A stretch of 64,000 bases of DNA from Bdellovibrionota bacterium (GTDB lineage Bacteria > Bdellovibrionota_C > UBA2361 > JAAYZI01), in NCBI GenBank assembly GCA_050950765.1, contig JBMNIF010000003.1, forward strand, positions 1 through 64,000, in the 5' to 3' direction. Of this stretch, positions 49,924 to 59,296 are shown one piece after another. The notes beneath the pieces were generated by a model that had not been told where the DNA came from, did not search any database, and was given only the letters and a program-made list of their open reading frames with translations. The number at the start of each line of letters is the position of its first letter. Position 1 is the first letter of the stretch. Made by a program: the position numbers and the translations under genes.

Positions 49924-51126
49924 TTAGCTTTCATCACCTAACAGCCACCTAGCTATGTCAAATACTTTTATCCCTTCCATTATTGTCATAGGATGTTTTG
50001 TATTTGCCAATAGTATTTTAGGGTAGGCGTCCTTTATTGAAAATAAGGGAGAGAGCTCTCTTTTTAATGTTTGCTCTCTGCTTATATCGTCTGATACTTG
50101 TATATAGATTTTTTCATTCGCTTTTATAGCAACAAAATCTACTTCTTTCTGATAAAGTTTACCCACATAAACTTCATATCCTCTTCTAAGTAATTCAATG
50201 GCTACAATATTTTCGTAAGCTCTTCCGTAATCCATATTCCTAACGCCTAATATAGAATAGCGGAATGATAAATCAGATAAATAATACTTATCATTTATTT
50301 CTAGGTATTTTTTGCCCTTTATGTCGTATCTTTTGACTTTATAGAACATGAAGGCATTGCATAAATATTTAATGTAGTTGCCTATTGTGACATGGGTAGT
50401 TTTGGCTTTGTTCTTATTTAATATGCTAGCAATATTATTAGCTGTGGTAAGATTTGATATGTTATCCATTAAAAATTCAGTTAATGTATCTAAAAGGGTA
50501 GTTTCTTCTATGTTGTACCTGTCAATTAAATCCCTTTTAATTAAGGATGTATAAACATCTTTAATATAAGTAGCAGCATCTTCTTGGTTATTATATAAAT
50601 ATGCCCCCGCTAGTCCGCCTTTTTTTAAGTAGTCTTGTAGATGACTAGGATAGTCATCCTTTATCTCAAAATAATTACAATACTCTTCAAATGAAAATGG
50701 AAATACAGGAATTTCTATAAATCTTCCAGTAAACAGTGTGGCTAAATCAGAACTTAATAAAAAGGCATTAGAACCAGTTAGGTAGATATCATACTTTTTA
50801 CTATTATGGAGGCTGTTAATGGAAAGTTCAAACTTATCACAAAGCTGCACTTCATCAACTATTAAAACATTTTGAGCATTTGGCTTATAATTTTTTTCAA
50901 CATATTCAAAAAGGCTTTTATATTCTTTTAAGTTCTCATATCTTAGATCGCTATAATCGATCTGGATTAAATTGGTTTTTGGATCTGCCTCTTTAATATT
51001 TTTAGCAAAGGCTCTTATAAGCTCAGATTTGCCCGATCTACGTATGCCGGTAATAATCTTTATATCAGGAGTACCCTTAAGACCTTTTAATCTATTTAAG
51101 TATTGAGAACGCTTTATAAGTTTCAT
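49924..51126 (-). CDS. AAA+ ATPase (AAA_14 + DUF4143)
   Basis: Walker A GIRRSGKS, Walker B IVDEVQ, LTGSNA.LLS..LAT..TGR, KYY..D, ENIV..EL.RRG and EVDFVA motifs; RBS gagg before ATG 51126. Confidence 0.9.
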   Translation of the reverse strand: MKLIKRSQYLNRLKGLKGTPDIKIITGIRRSGKSELIRAFAKNIKEADPKTNLIQIDYSDLRYENLKEYKSLFEYVEKNYKPNAQNVLIVDEVQLCDKFELSINSLHNSKKYDIYLTGSNAFLLSSDLATLFTGRFIEIPVFPFSFEEYCNYFEIKDDYPSHLQDYLKKGGLAGAYLYNNQEDAATYIKDVYTSLIKRDLIDRYNIEETTLLDTLTEFLMDNISNLTTANNIASILNKNKAKTTHVTIGNYIKYLCNAFMFYKVKRYDIKGKKYLEINDKYYLSDLSFRYSILGVRNMDYGRAYENIVAIELLRRGYEVYVGKLYQKEVDFVAIKANEKIYIQVSDDISREQTLKRELSPLFSIKDAYPKILLANTKHPMTIMEGIKVFDIARWLLGDES

Positions 51127-51132
51127 AGCCTC

Positions 51133-51218
51133 ACTTTCAAGATTGCAATTTATTCTGTTTCTTGAAAGTATTATAGCGCAGACTTTCAAGACTTGCAATT
51201 TTTTTATTTGTTGAAAGT
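51133..51218 (-). promoter_or_regulatory. Sigma-70 promoter (TTGCAA-N17-TATAAT) with two 37-bp palindromic operators
   Basis: ACTTTCAA(GA)...(TC)TTGAAAGT at 51133..51169 and 51182..51218; -10 at 51170-51175 and -35 at 51193-51198 on the minus strand. Confidence 0.75.
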
Positions 51219-51503
51219 GAGTAAGGATATCTTCAATAAAAAGAGGGAGATAGAGCTCCCCTCAAACCACTCGATATTATTCCTTTGATTATAATTACCC
51301 CACTTCAATTTTTTTCCCCTCCCCCCCTAACACGCCTATGCGCAAAACTTACGAAAAATAAAAGTTTTGCGCATAGCCGCAATAATGTTATTCCTTCCTC
51401 AAGTAACGATATGTTCCTGCACTTATCCGTTTTGGTTGTAATTATTGACCGTCACTTTGACTAGCATAATTCAAATTTATTCTTGTTTTTTTTTTGGGGG
51501 GGG

Positions 51504-51519
51504 TATTCCCACTCTTCAT
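51504..51519. repeat. att-core-like copy of the guaA 3' end (variant)
   Basis: tattcccactcttcat matches 54013..54028 at 15/16 and contains the reverse complement of GAGTGGGA. Confidence 0.65.
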
Positions 51520-51601
51520 ATCCGATCATTCGAAAGGTGCGAAACCATTTAATTTATTGCTTGTTTATAAGTAGCAATCAATACCTAGAATCGATAAAAA
51601 A

Positions 51602-52415
51602 TTAAGCATTTTTACCATCAGTTTTTCTCAGTTGGTTTATCTTAAATTCCTCTTCAGCAATCTCTATCTGTTCTTGAATCTGCTTCGTCGTAGGCAAGTA
51701 CTTTTGAATCTCTTTTATTTTCACATTGTCATAGGTGGCGACTCCCATAGGAGTCGTAATCCCCTGAAATGCAAGTTGCACTTCCGTGCGATTCATATCC
51801 TTGCAAATCAATAGACCGATTGTCGGATTATCACTGTCCTTACGAATAATCTCATTCACAGCGTTCACATAAAAATTCAACTTTCCGGCAAATTCAGGTT
51901 CAAACGCTTTAACTTTCAACTCCATTACAACATAGCATCTTAAATATATGTGATAAAATAACAGATCAATTTTTCTGGCTTTTCCTGAAATAATAATCTC
52001 TTTCTGTCTTCCTACAAATGCCCACCCTTCTCCCAATTCTAAAAGAAACCTTGTCATGCGCTGCTCAATAGCTTCTTCCAATGCTATTTCATCATATTCT
52101 GTTGGAAGGCTGATAAATCCAAGGTCATAATTTTCTTTTAAAAGCTCTTGGGCAAGTTTACCCTGTGGCATTGCTAGGCGCTCATCAAAATTAGTGAGCG
52201 CTCCGCCGGATACATGATACAAATCAGCACGAAGACTGTTGTCAAGAGCATTACGGCTCCAGCCCTCCTCGATTATCCGACGAATGTAAAATAATGCCTC
52301 TTCTATTGTCTTACATCTCTGAATAATAAGTACATGGTGCATCCATGGCACATATGCAAACAATTAAGGGAAAATCATTTCTGAAGCAACTTGCTTCAGT
52401 TTTAAACTCTCCATA
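51602..52415 (-). pseudogene. DUF1016 (YhcG-like PDDEXK nuclease) gene, N-terminus lost and frameshifted
   Basis: VPWMHH, FY......EGWSR, K..YDLGF, FLLELG.G.AFVGRQ, IDLLFYH and ELK...F.PEF.GKLNFY motifs. The upstream MESLKLKQVASE linker is out of frame and the N-terminal domain is absent. Confidence 0.75.
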
Positions 52416-52769
52416 TTAAGGCACTTCTGCATATCTGAAATAAGCGGAATAGTGTCCACTTTTTCTAATTCTTTTTCCTGCTGTTGCAGATAGAACAAGG
52501 TTTTCTAGGTTTTGATCTCGTGCTTTCTGATCATGCACTTGAATCAAAATACGATAATGACTTCACGATAGTATGCGAGATTTTCGACACAGCGTGTCAA
52601 GAATCTATACCTTATACTTCAAATTGCCTTGCTCGGAAATTACGTTTTTACCTTAGTTGCCTGTTGTTTTTTTTATCTTACAAAGTTTTTAGCTTAAATA
52701 TATGACTTTAAGAATAATACGCTGTATTAATCTTTTTTTGCGGCGGAAATAATTTATTCATCCCATATT

Positions 52770-53708
52770 TTATAAGTAACTCTTAAAAGCGTCTCTTATA
52801 ACTATAACTTTGTCTATAATTTTTGACATTAATTCAGGATAATTATCTTGTTTACCAAGACTAAAACCTGAAATATAATATTTAATCCTAGAGGCTTTTT
52901 TATCATCAAGTCTTTCCCATATCATTGGGAAGCCAAGTTTTGATTCTATTTCATCCTTATGAGCAAATAAATCATCAAACAAATCCTTGTTGTCTTTAAT
53001 GTAAACTTCAACACCTATATTGCTATCTTTATTTACTAAGGTGATACTTATGTGAGCCTCACTTGTTCCTAACGCAACATCATACCAGTGATCAGTTGAC
53101 GCTCCTCGAATATTAAAAGGTTTGCCTTTCTCAGAAACAACATGATTAAATTCCGTCCAAAAATTTAATCTTTCAGACTGTGTCTTACTCAATTCATCAC
53201 CTTTAGGGCTTTTTGTGCTTTTAACAAAATCATTCGGCTTTTCAATGACTTCAAATTTAGGTGCAGGTAAAGAGTCACCAATTTTGTAAGCATGAATTTC
53301 CAATAGGAAAAAAGAAATTTCTTTCACCATGTTATTATTTAACCATTCAATGGCACTTTTATGTTCTTCTCTTGCTTCTTTAACAATCCAAATAACAACA
53401 TTGGCATCCAGCCCCGATGCATAAGTAATGACTTTTCCTAAATGATCATGATTTGTTGCATCTAGTTGATTTTCTATTATGATCTTTATCCCTGTAGTCT
53501 CATCAACGGCAACAAGATCGCATCGATAGGAGCCAACGTAAACTTCTTTATCTATATCCGTTAATGTTAAGCCCACCGTCTCATTCAATACCTCTATATT
53601 TTCATCTCTTGCAAGCCAGTTTGAGAAGTCATACTGCTCGTGTGACCATAATTCTCTAATATTTACTTCTTCTAACCGCCCTAACTTTTTTATACTCGTG
53701 TATTCCAC
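52770..53708 (-). CDS. DUF4268-domain protein with an N-terminal NucS-like PD-(D/E)xK nuclease
   Basis: IRELWSHE..DFS.WLA, E..VG.YR.DL, IIIENQL..TNHDHLGK.ITYA, FWT.F and WERLDDKKASRI motifs. Confidence 0.8.
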   Translation of the reverse strand: MEYTSIKKLGRLEEVNIRELWSHEQYDFSNWLARDENIEVLNETVGLTLTDIDKEVYVGSYRCDLVAVDETTGIKIIIENQLDATNHDHLGKVITYASGLDANVVIWIVKEAREEHKSAIEWLNNNMVKEISFFLLEIHAYKIGDSLPAPKFEVIEKPNDFVKSTKSPKGDELSKTQSERLNFWTEFNHVVSEKGKPFNIRGASTDHWYDVALGTSEAHISITLVNKDSNIGVEVYIKDNKDLFDDLFAHKDEIESKLGFPMIWERLDDKKASRIKYYISGFSLGKQDNYPELMSKIIDKVIVIRDAFKSYL

Positions 53709-53764
53709 CTATATATTCCCAGATTCATTAGACTAAGCTTTTACTATTTTTAAAATTGTCTCGT

Positions 53765-53990
53765 TTAATATCTCATATTTTCAACTGCACGGACTATCGC
53801 TAGATTATGCGTTTGTTTATCTTCCCATTCACTCCAAAAATTCTTTGTAGCATTTCTTGGCTTCAATATAGGCACCTTCAATCGGATTCTACTTGGCAAC
53901 AAAATTGCATCGTCAACAGCCGTTGCTTCACCCACATCTAGGAACGGTAATTGATCTAAAATGCCTTTTCAAGCCCTAAAACGCTTAATT
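53765..53990 (-). pseudogene. C-terminal relic of a HerA/DUF87-type ATPase
   Basis: My translation is ...GILDQLPFLDVGEATAVDDAILLPSRIRLKVPILKPRNATKNFWSEWEDKQTHNLAIVRAVENMRY*, resembling HerA C-termini (LP.L..GEA...GDA..LP.RI....P.S....FW..W). Confidence 0.65.
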
Positions 53991-54011
53991 ACGAGGTGTT
54001 TTTTCTTAAGC

Positions 54012-54023
54012 CTACTCCCACTC
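54012..54023. repeat. Exact 12-bp direct repeat of the guaA terminus (att core)
   Basis: ctactcccactc at 54012..54023 and 55891..55902. Confidence 0.8.
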
Positions 54024-54159
54024 TTCATTAATAAAAGTTCGATAAGTGAAAAAACTTGGTATTTCAGCCTTTTTACAGTTCATATCCGTTCTATTCGTCT
54101 TATTTCGGATCCTTTTCAGATTATTTTACCCGTTCCAGTCTCGGTTCCAGTTATGGCTA

Positions 54160-54990
54160 TTATTCTAATAAAAGAAGTAATTCTAAAATAGAGTTAAACA
54201 CCTCTTCAAGTTCAAGGTTACCAACATAATTATTTTTCTTCCTGTAAGCAGCCCATCTTTTAATAAAAATAGGACTTGCACTTAATTGATTTATTAAATT
54301 CTTTATTTTTTCTATATCATATTCTGTATTTCTACAATGAAATGTATTATTGATTGCTTCTTTTAAAATCTCTCTATCAATTTTGTTACTTCGAAGTTTC
54401 CAAACTAAGTAAAGGTCAAAATAATCTTTGCTTCGGCTATTTAAAAATCCTCTGGAGTATATAGTCTCTATTTTCTCTGCTATCATAGTTTCAATAGGAT
54501 ATGCTTTTACAGGGATTATTTCTTTATCAAAAATACTTATGTAATCATAATCAACTGGCTTAGGTGTGATAATGTCCCCTGTGGCAATATCTATGGGGAC
54601 ATACTGTCGTAAATTTTCAAACATTGCTAATAGCATGACTCTAAAACCACCATAAAAATCTTGCTCTTTAATGGATTTGATACTATCTATTTTATAAGAA
54701 ATGGTATTCTCCGTATTATCTAAAATTTTATTAAAGATTTGTTCAATATTATCTTCTGAAAGTTTTTCGTTTTTAAGGAGAAAATCCATATCTACAGTAG
54801 CTCTTGAATCTATCCCTACTATATTAGATAACAAGAAGCCGCCTTTAAAAATAAAATTATCCTTGTAGTCAGATTTAGAAATCCTTAAGAGGATATCTTC
54901 CATGAAGTAATAAGCAAGGATAGAATTGTATACGATACCAGTATCTGCACTTACTTTTCTTACTATTGTTTTTAATTTGTCTTTATTCAT
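54160..54990 (-). CDS. AbiEii-family nucleotidyltransferase toxin (type IV TA)
   Basis: FIFKGGFLL, R.T.D.DF, IDIATGD.ITP, E...AEK and NSRSKDYFDL motifs; start overlaps the antitoxin stop. Confidence 0.9.
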   Translation of the reverse strand: MNKDKLKTIVRKVSADTGIVYNSILAYYFMEDILLRISKSDYKDNFIFKGGFLLSNIVGIDSRATVDMDFLLKNEKLSEDNIEQIFNKILDNTENTISYKIDSIKSIKEQDFYGGFRVMLLAMFENLRQYVPIDIATGDIITPKPVDYDYISIFDKEIIPVKAYPIETMIAEKIETIYSRGFLNSRSKDYFDLYLVWKLRSNKIDREILKEAINNTFHCRNTEYDIEKIKNLINQLSASPIFIKRWAAYRKKNNYVGNLELEEVFNSILELLLLLE

Positions 54991-55576
54991 AAACAAGTTC
55001 CATTATCTCTTGTACTTCTTGAACAATATCCATTTGCCGTGCAATATAAAATAATTTATGAATATCTTTATCTGAATAATTAGGATAAACTTTTACAAAG
55101 TTAACATAAACTTCAGGATCCATATTTGACTTGTTTTTGATAAAATCGCAAAGAGTTCTTTCTGCAGAATAGAGCCTTACAAGATTTCCTATATTAGTCT
55201 TTTTTTCAATAACTCCGAGATTTAGTATATTATTGCTAACATAATAAATATGTGCATTTTCAGGTTTTTGATTAAATTTATATTTATGATTTACAGTTAG
55301 ATGAATTTTATCTGGGATTTTATCAGTTAAATTCATTAGGTAAAGAGCTGTTTCATAAGAAAAAACAGTTTTAGGATATCTTGTTTGAAATATAAACAAT
55401 TCATCGTAAATACCGTCTTTAGAGATGTAAATACCACGTGCAACTCTTTTTAATATTCCTTCTTTAATTAGACGTGTCAGATAAATTGTGGGTATATTAT
55501 TCTCTTTCACAAGAGATGTAGTAAGTATGCCGTTATTTTCATCTGATAGGCTTTTTATTTTTTTAATATAGTTCAT
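54983..55576 (-). CDS. AbiEi-family antitoxin / transcriptional regulator
   Basis: NGILT, LTRL.K.G.L.RVARGIY, FSYETALYL..LTD.IP and Y..ERT.CD motifs. Confidence 0.9.
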   Translation of the reverse strand: MNYIKKIKSLSDENNGILTTSLVKENNIPTIYLTRLIKEGILKRVARGIYISKDGIYDELFIFQTRYPKTVFSYETALYLMNLTDKIPDKIHLTVNHKYKFNQKPENAHIYYVSNNILNLGVIEKKTNIGNLVRLYSAERTLCDFIKNKSNMDPEVYVNFVKVYPNYSDKDIHKLFYIARQMDIVQEVQEIMELVYE

Positions 55577-55595
55577 AAAATCACCCTAATCATTT

Positions 55596-55644
55596 TGTTG
55601 CTTTCACACGTATACTTTATCATTAGTTCCGTGTGAATGTAACA
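55596..55644. promoter_or_regulatory. Inverted-repeat operator upstream of abiEi
   Basis: tgttgctttcacacg-N19-cgtgtgaatgtaaca (13/15 inverted repeat). Confidence 0.65.
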
Positions 55645-55833
55645 GTTTTTATTGATATAATATTAACAACCAACCTAGAGTTTTCAAAGTAGGGCAATAT
55701 TTTATAGATATTCAGATGGTTTTTCCTTAGGAAAGAGGTTGCTCAAGCGAGGGTGCCATTTCCTGATGCCCCCCCATTCTGAAATGCCTGATGAGTATTG
55801 ACAACAGATATTTTATAAATCCAATAAACGTAA

Positions 55834-55859
55834 AAGCCCTAGTCTTTCGACTAGAGCTT
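55834..55859 (-). terminator. Terminator after guaA
   Basis: aagccctagtc-tttc-gactagagctt, with an A-run on the left that reads as a U-tail on the minus strand. Confidence 0.65.
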
Positions 55860-55890
55860 AAAGAAAAATATTATAAGGATCTACTCAATA

Positions 55891-57438
55891 CTACTCCCAC
55901 TCAATTGTAGCGGGTGGCTTGCTTGAGATATCTAAGACTACCCGATTGATCCCTCTAACTTCATTAATGATTCGATTACTAACTCGACGCAACAACGCTT
56001 CCGGTAGGTAACACCAATCTGCTGTCATACCGTCCTGTGAATAAACAGCTCTAAGCGCAGCAGTCTGCTCATAGGTGCGATTATCACCCATCACGCCAAC
56101 ACTATTAACAGGCAATAAAACTACAAAACTTTGCCAGATAGAATCATACAACCCTTCCGATCTGATCTCTTCCAAGAAGATCGCATCAGCCTCTTTTAAT
56201 ACAGCAAGCCTCTCCTCCGTCACCTCCCCTACTACCCGCACAGCTAAACCTGGACCGGGAAAGGGTTGACGTTTAATGTTCTCTTCAGAGATACCTAACT
56301 CACGTCCGATTAAACGCACCTCATCTTTGAAGAGCTCTCTTAGTGGCTCGATCAATTTAAAATTCATCTTTTCAGGAAGTCCGCCAACATTATGATGAGA
56401 TTTTATCGTAGCTGATGGCCCTCTTACAGAGATACTCTCAATCACATCTGGATAAAGTGTGCCCTGCACAAGGTGTGTTACATCTGAAATTTTTGCCGCC
56501 TCTTCTTCAAAAACTTCTATAAATGTTTTACCGATAATCTTTCGTTTCTCTTCAGGATTACGTACACCAGCCAATCTTTCAAGAAAGCGTTTAGAAGCAT
56601 CAACTAACTTGATGTTTAGTCCCATGCCCTTTCCTAAGGCTTCCATAACTAAGGCTGCTTCATTTTTTCTCAATAAACCGGTATCAACAAAGATGCAGTG
56701 TAAATTACCGCCGATAGCACGATTAACTAAAACAGCAGCTACACTGGAATCCACTCCGCCACTAATCCCGCAAATAACATTACTCCCTTGCGGAACCATT
56801 TTTTGAATTTTTAAAGTGGCGCTTCGAATAAAACTTTCAGGTGTCCACTCCTGTTTGCACCCTACTATTTTCAGCACAAAGTTAGCTAAGATCTCTCCTC
56901 CCCTAGGGGTGTGCACAACCTCAGGATGAAATTGGAGGGCGTAAATCTTTTTTTCTTCATTTCCAAACGCCGCTACTCCTAAAGAATCACTTTTTGCTAA
57001 AACATCAAAACCTTTCGGAGGATTCTTAACGTGGTCGCCGTGACTCATCCAGACAACGGCTTTTTCATCATTTGAAAAGCCCTTAAATAATAAACTCTCT
57101 TTAACGATCTCCAAAGTAGCACGACCGTATTCGCGCTTAGCACCTTTGGTGAGTTCACCTCCCAATAATTGCGCAATAAGTTGCATCCCGTAGCAGATAC
57201 CTAAAACAGGCACCCCTAAGTTTAACCAGCTCTTATCAAAGCGAGGGGCATCAACGTCAGAAACAGTAGCAGGGCCTCCAGAAAGGATAATTCCCTTCAC
57301 TCCATCAAGATTATATTCGGAGGGTGAGATAGTACACGGCTTTATTTCACTAAAGACATTTAATTCTCTAATGCGACGTGCGATCAGTTGTGTATATTGA
57401 GATCCAAAGTCGAGAACTAAGATCGTATCTTGATTCAT
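55891..57438 (-). CDS. guaA: GMP synthase (glutamine-hydrolysing)
   Basis: [50 protein letters not shown] and KPPATIEWE motifs. Confidence 0.98.
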   Translation of the reverse strand: MNQDTILVLDFGSQYTQLIARRIRELNVFSEIKPCTISPSEYNLDGVKGIILSGGPATVSDVDAPRFDKSWLNLGVPVLGICYGMQLIAQLLGGELTKGAKREYGRATLEIVKESLLFKGFSNDEKAVVWMSHGDHVKNPPKGFDVLAKSDSLGVAAFGNEEKKIYALQFHPEVVHTPRGGEILANFVLKIVGCKQEWTPESFIRSATLKIQKMVPQGSNVICGISGGVDSSVAAVLVNRAIGGNLHCIFVDTGLLRKNEAALVMEALGKGMGLNIKLVDASKRFLERLAGVRNPEEKRKIIGKTFIEVFEEEAAKISDVTHLVQGTLYPDVIESISVRGPSATIKSHHNVGGLPEKMNFKLIEPLRELFKDEVRLIGRELGISEENIKRQPFPGPGLAVRVVGEVTEERLAVLKEADAIFLEEIRSEGLYDSIWQSFVVLLPVNSVGVMGDNRTYEQTAALRAVYSQDGMTADWCYLPEALLRRVSNRIINEVRGINRVVLDISSKPPATIEWE

Positions 57439-57593
57439 GGAAAAATCCTCCTTTCCCCTTTAAAATTTGTGGTGCAATATATCTTTTAGAATGATATGAG
57501 GCAAGAATCGCTGTTTAACTAAATAATAACGGCTTTACTTAATTTTATCCCTTTTATCCATAACTTAGAATAGTAAAAAACGGTAAGGTCTTA

Positions 57594-59246
57594 ATGTATC
57601 AGAGCACTCCTACCCCTCACAAGAAAAGTTTTTTTAAAAAAAATATCTTCGGATATCTCTGTTTCGGTATCGCTGCCCTCGGAATGTTGTCATTTTTTAC
57701 CGTTTCGGCATTGCAACGTTTAATCGCTAAAGATGAAGGGTATTATTTAATGGCCGCCATGCAGGTAATCTCCGGTAAAAACGTCTACTTTGATTTCTTT
57801 TACCCTCAGATGCCCCTTCTACCGTACGTTTATGCCGTTTGGATAAAACTACTAGATTCCATAGTGGCAAATCCTTGGATTAGTGCTAGAGCCCTCTCCG
57901 CTCTTTTAGCAACGGGCACAGGGTTGCTTTTATATGGAGAGGTGCGTAAGCGTTGGGGATCTTTTTTGGCGTTATCTGCCATTATACTTTATACCACTTG
58001 CAATTATGTTTTCCCTTGGAATACTACCGTCACTACTTATGCGCTCTCCTCTTTCTTACTTTTTGCTAGCTATCGACTTTTATCACGTAACCTACACCCA
58101 GTTTCTCTCCTTATAGCAGGAGCTCTTTTTGGGCTTTCTATCGAAACAAGGCTTCTCTTTGCAGGGCTTTTGCCGTTCTTCTTATTCTGGTTAGCCTTAC
58201 AAAAGCAGACCACCTCAAAAAAAATTACGAATTGCACCCTCTTTTGTTTGGGTGGTTTTATCACCTTACTTCCCGCCGTTTTTCTTTTTGTTGAACATTT
58301 CGATATCTTTACCTATAACAATCTCGGTTATCATTTAGAACGATCAACCACTAGTTGGGATAAAAATTGGGAACATCTGAAGCAGGTCTTCCTCGTCCTT
58401 TTTGGGATAAGAGATAGTATTAAATATGATGCCCCACAAATTCAGATCTTATTATATAGCAACCTACTAGGTATTATTTTATCCCTCTTTAAACGACGGG
58501 TTCCAGATCTAGCTTTTTTTATCTCCTGCGGTCTCTTTATTATTAATTTCCTACCGAAGCCGACGTATATTCAATATTTTTCAACTTTAATACCGTTCTT
58601 AATAATCGGAGTCCTCGTCTTTTTCACAACTACTTACGAGATAATACAACGTGCTGGAAAGTTCGGTGCACTTCCATTTTTTATAGCCGTTCTCCTCTTT
58701 TTTGTTGCATATCTTTATCACGTTCCTGCCGATTATCTGCGGTATACGAAAACAGGAGAAGGGGTGATCGGTATTTACAATAAACGTAACGCCGCACTTT
58801 GGAACCTTGAAAGACTTACAATGGTCGCTAATGCTATTGATCGTCACACAAGCCATGCCGAGTACGTTTTCTCTTTTTGGCCAGGTTTTTTAATCAATAC
58901 CCACACCCTTCCTCTTAACGGAATGGAAAATCACTTCGCCATCCCTGCTGCAGAGATGCTTCAAGAGAGAGAGAATAGTTTAATTTTATTCTTACAAAAG
59001 TGTTCGTCTTTGATTAGAGAAGGAAGCTTTACTACTTCCGAGACACAAAAAACCTTAGCGGAAAGACGCCTTAATTATCATATTATTACAACAGAAGAGG
59101 CGCTTAACCACTTCACTGATAAAAATCTAAGAGTTGTAATTTTAGAAACAAAGAGAATGCGGAATAAACACTTAAAAAAAGCTTTAGAAACTGCTAATTT
59201 AAAAAAAGCAGAGGAGATTCCACCGGTAATTATCTACAAAAAATAA
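57594..59246 (+). CDS. GT-C (ArnT/PMT-like) membrane glycosyltransferase
   Basis: DEGYY after TM1, 'Y.DFFYPQMPLLPY' and AR.LS motifs; multiple TM segments. Confidence 0.7.
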   Translation: MYQSTPTPHKKSFFKKNIFGYLCFGIAALGMLSFFTVSALQRLIAKDEGYYLMAAMQVISGKNVYFDFFYPQMPLLPYVYAVWIKLLDSIVANPWISARALSALLATGTGLLLYGEVRKRWGSFLALSAIILYTTCNYVFPWNTTVTTYALSSFLLFASYRLLSRNLHPVSLLIAGALFGLSIETRLLFAGLLPFFLFWLALQKQTTSKKITNCTLFCLGGFITLLPAVFLFVEHFDIFTYNNLGYHLERSTTSWDKNWEHLKQVFLVLFGIRDSIKYDAPQIQILLYSNLLGIILSLFKRRVPDLAFFISCGLFIINFLPKPTYIQYFSTLIPFLIIGVLVFFTTTYEIIQRAGKFGALPFFIAVLLFFVAYLYHVPADYLRYTKTGEGVIGIYNKRNAALWNLERLTMVANAIDRHTSHAEYVFSFWPGFLINTHTLPLNGMENHFAIPAAEMLQERENSLILFLQKCSSLIREGSFTTSETQKTLAERRLNYHIITTEEALNHFTDKNLRVVILETKRMRNKHLKKALETANLKKAEEIPPVIIYKK

Positions 59247-59296
59247 AGTTAGGCGTATCTCATTTAATAAGTATAGTGAGTAGCCTTACATAAAAA

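Larger units (their letters stand above)
48700..55902. mobile_element. Decayed composite genomic island integrated at the guaA 3' end (no integrase visible; left boundary uncertain)
   Basis: Cargo is visibly AT-richer, all on the minus strand, and related to defence or toxin-antitoxin functions. The guaA terminal core ctactcccactc (55891) is repeated at 54012 and in variant form at 51504. Gene relics lie between the cargo genes. Confidence 0.75.

Noticed and set aside
52484..52705. 73-aa plus-strand ORF in the island
   Set aside because: TTG start, no recognisable motif and opposite to all island genes; likely spurious.
53714..53730. Degenerate att copy tattcccagattcatta (similar words also at 51295 and 48626)
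   Set aside because: These need gaps and mismatches in the core, so they are too weak to call by eye.
53821..53835. Further guaA att copy (cttcccattcactcc)
   Set aside because: It is explained as WSEWE codons of the HerA relic.
53961..54191. 76-aa plus-strand ORF
   Set aside because: It spans the att scar and arm-like repeats and overlaps the end of abiEii; not protein-like.
48766..55576. Integron cassette array
   Set aside because: No intI and no attC sites with RYYYAAC/GTTRRRY ends were seen; the genes carry their own promoters.
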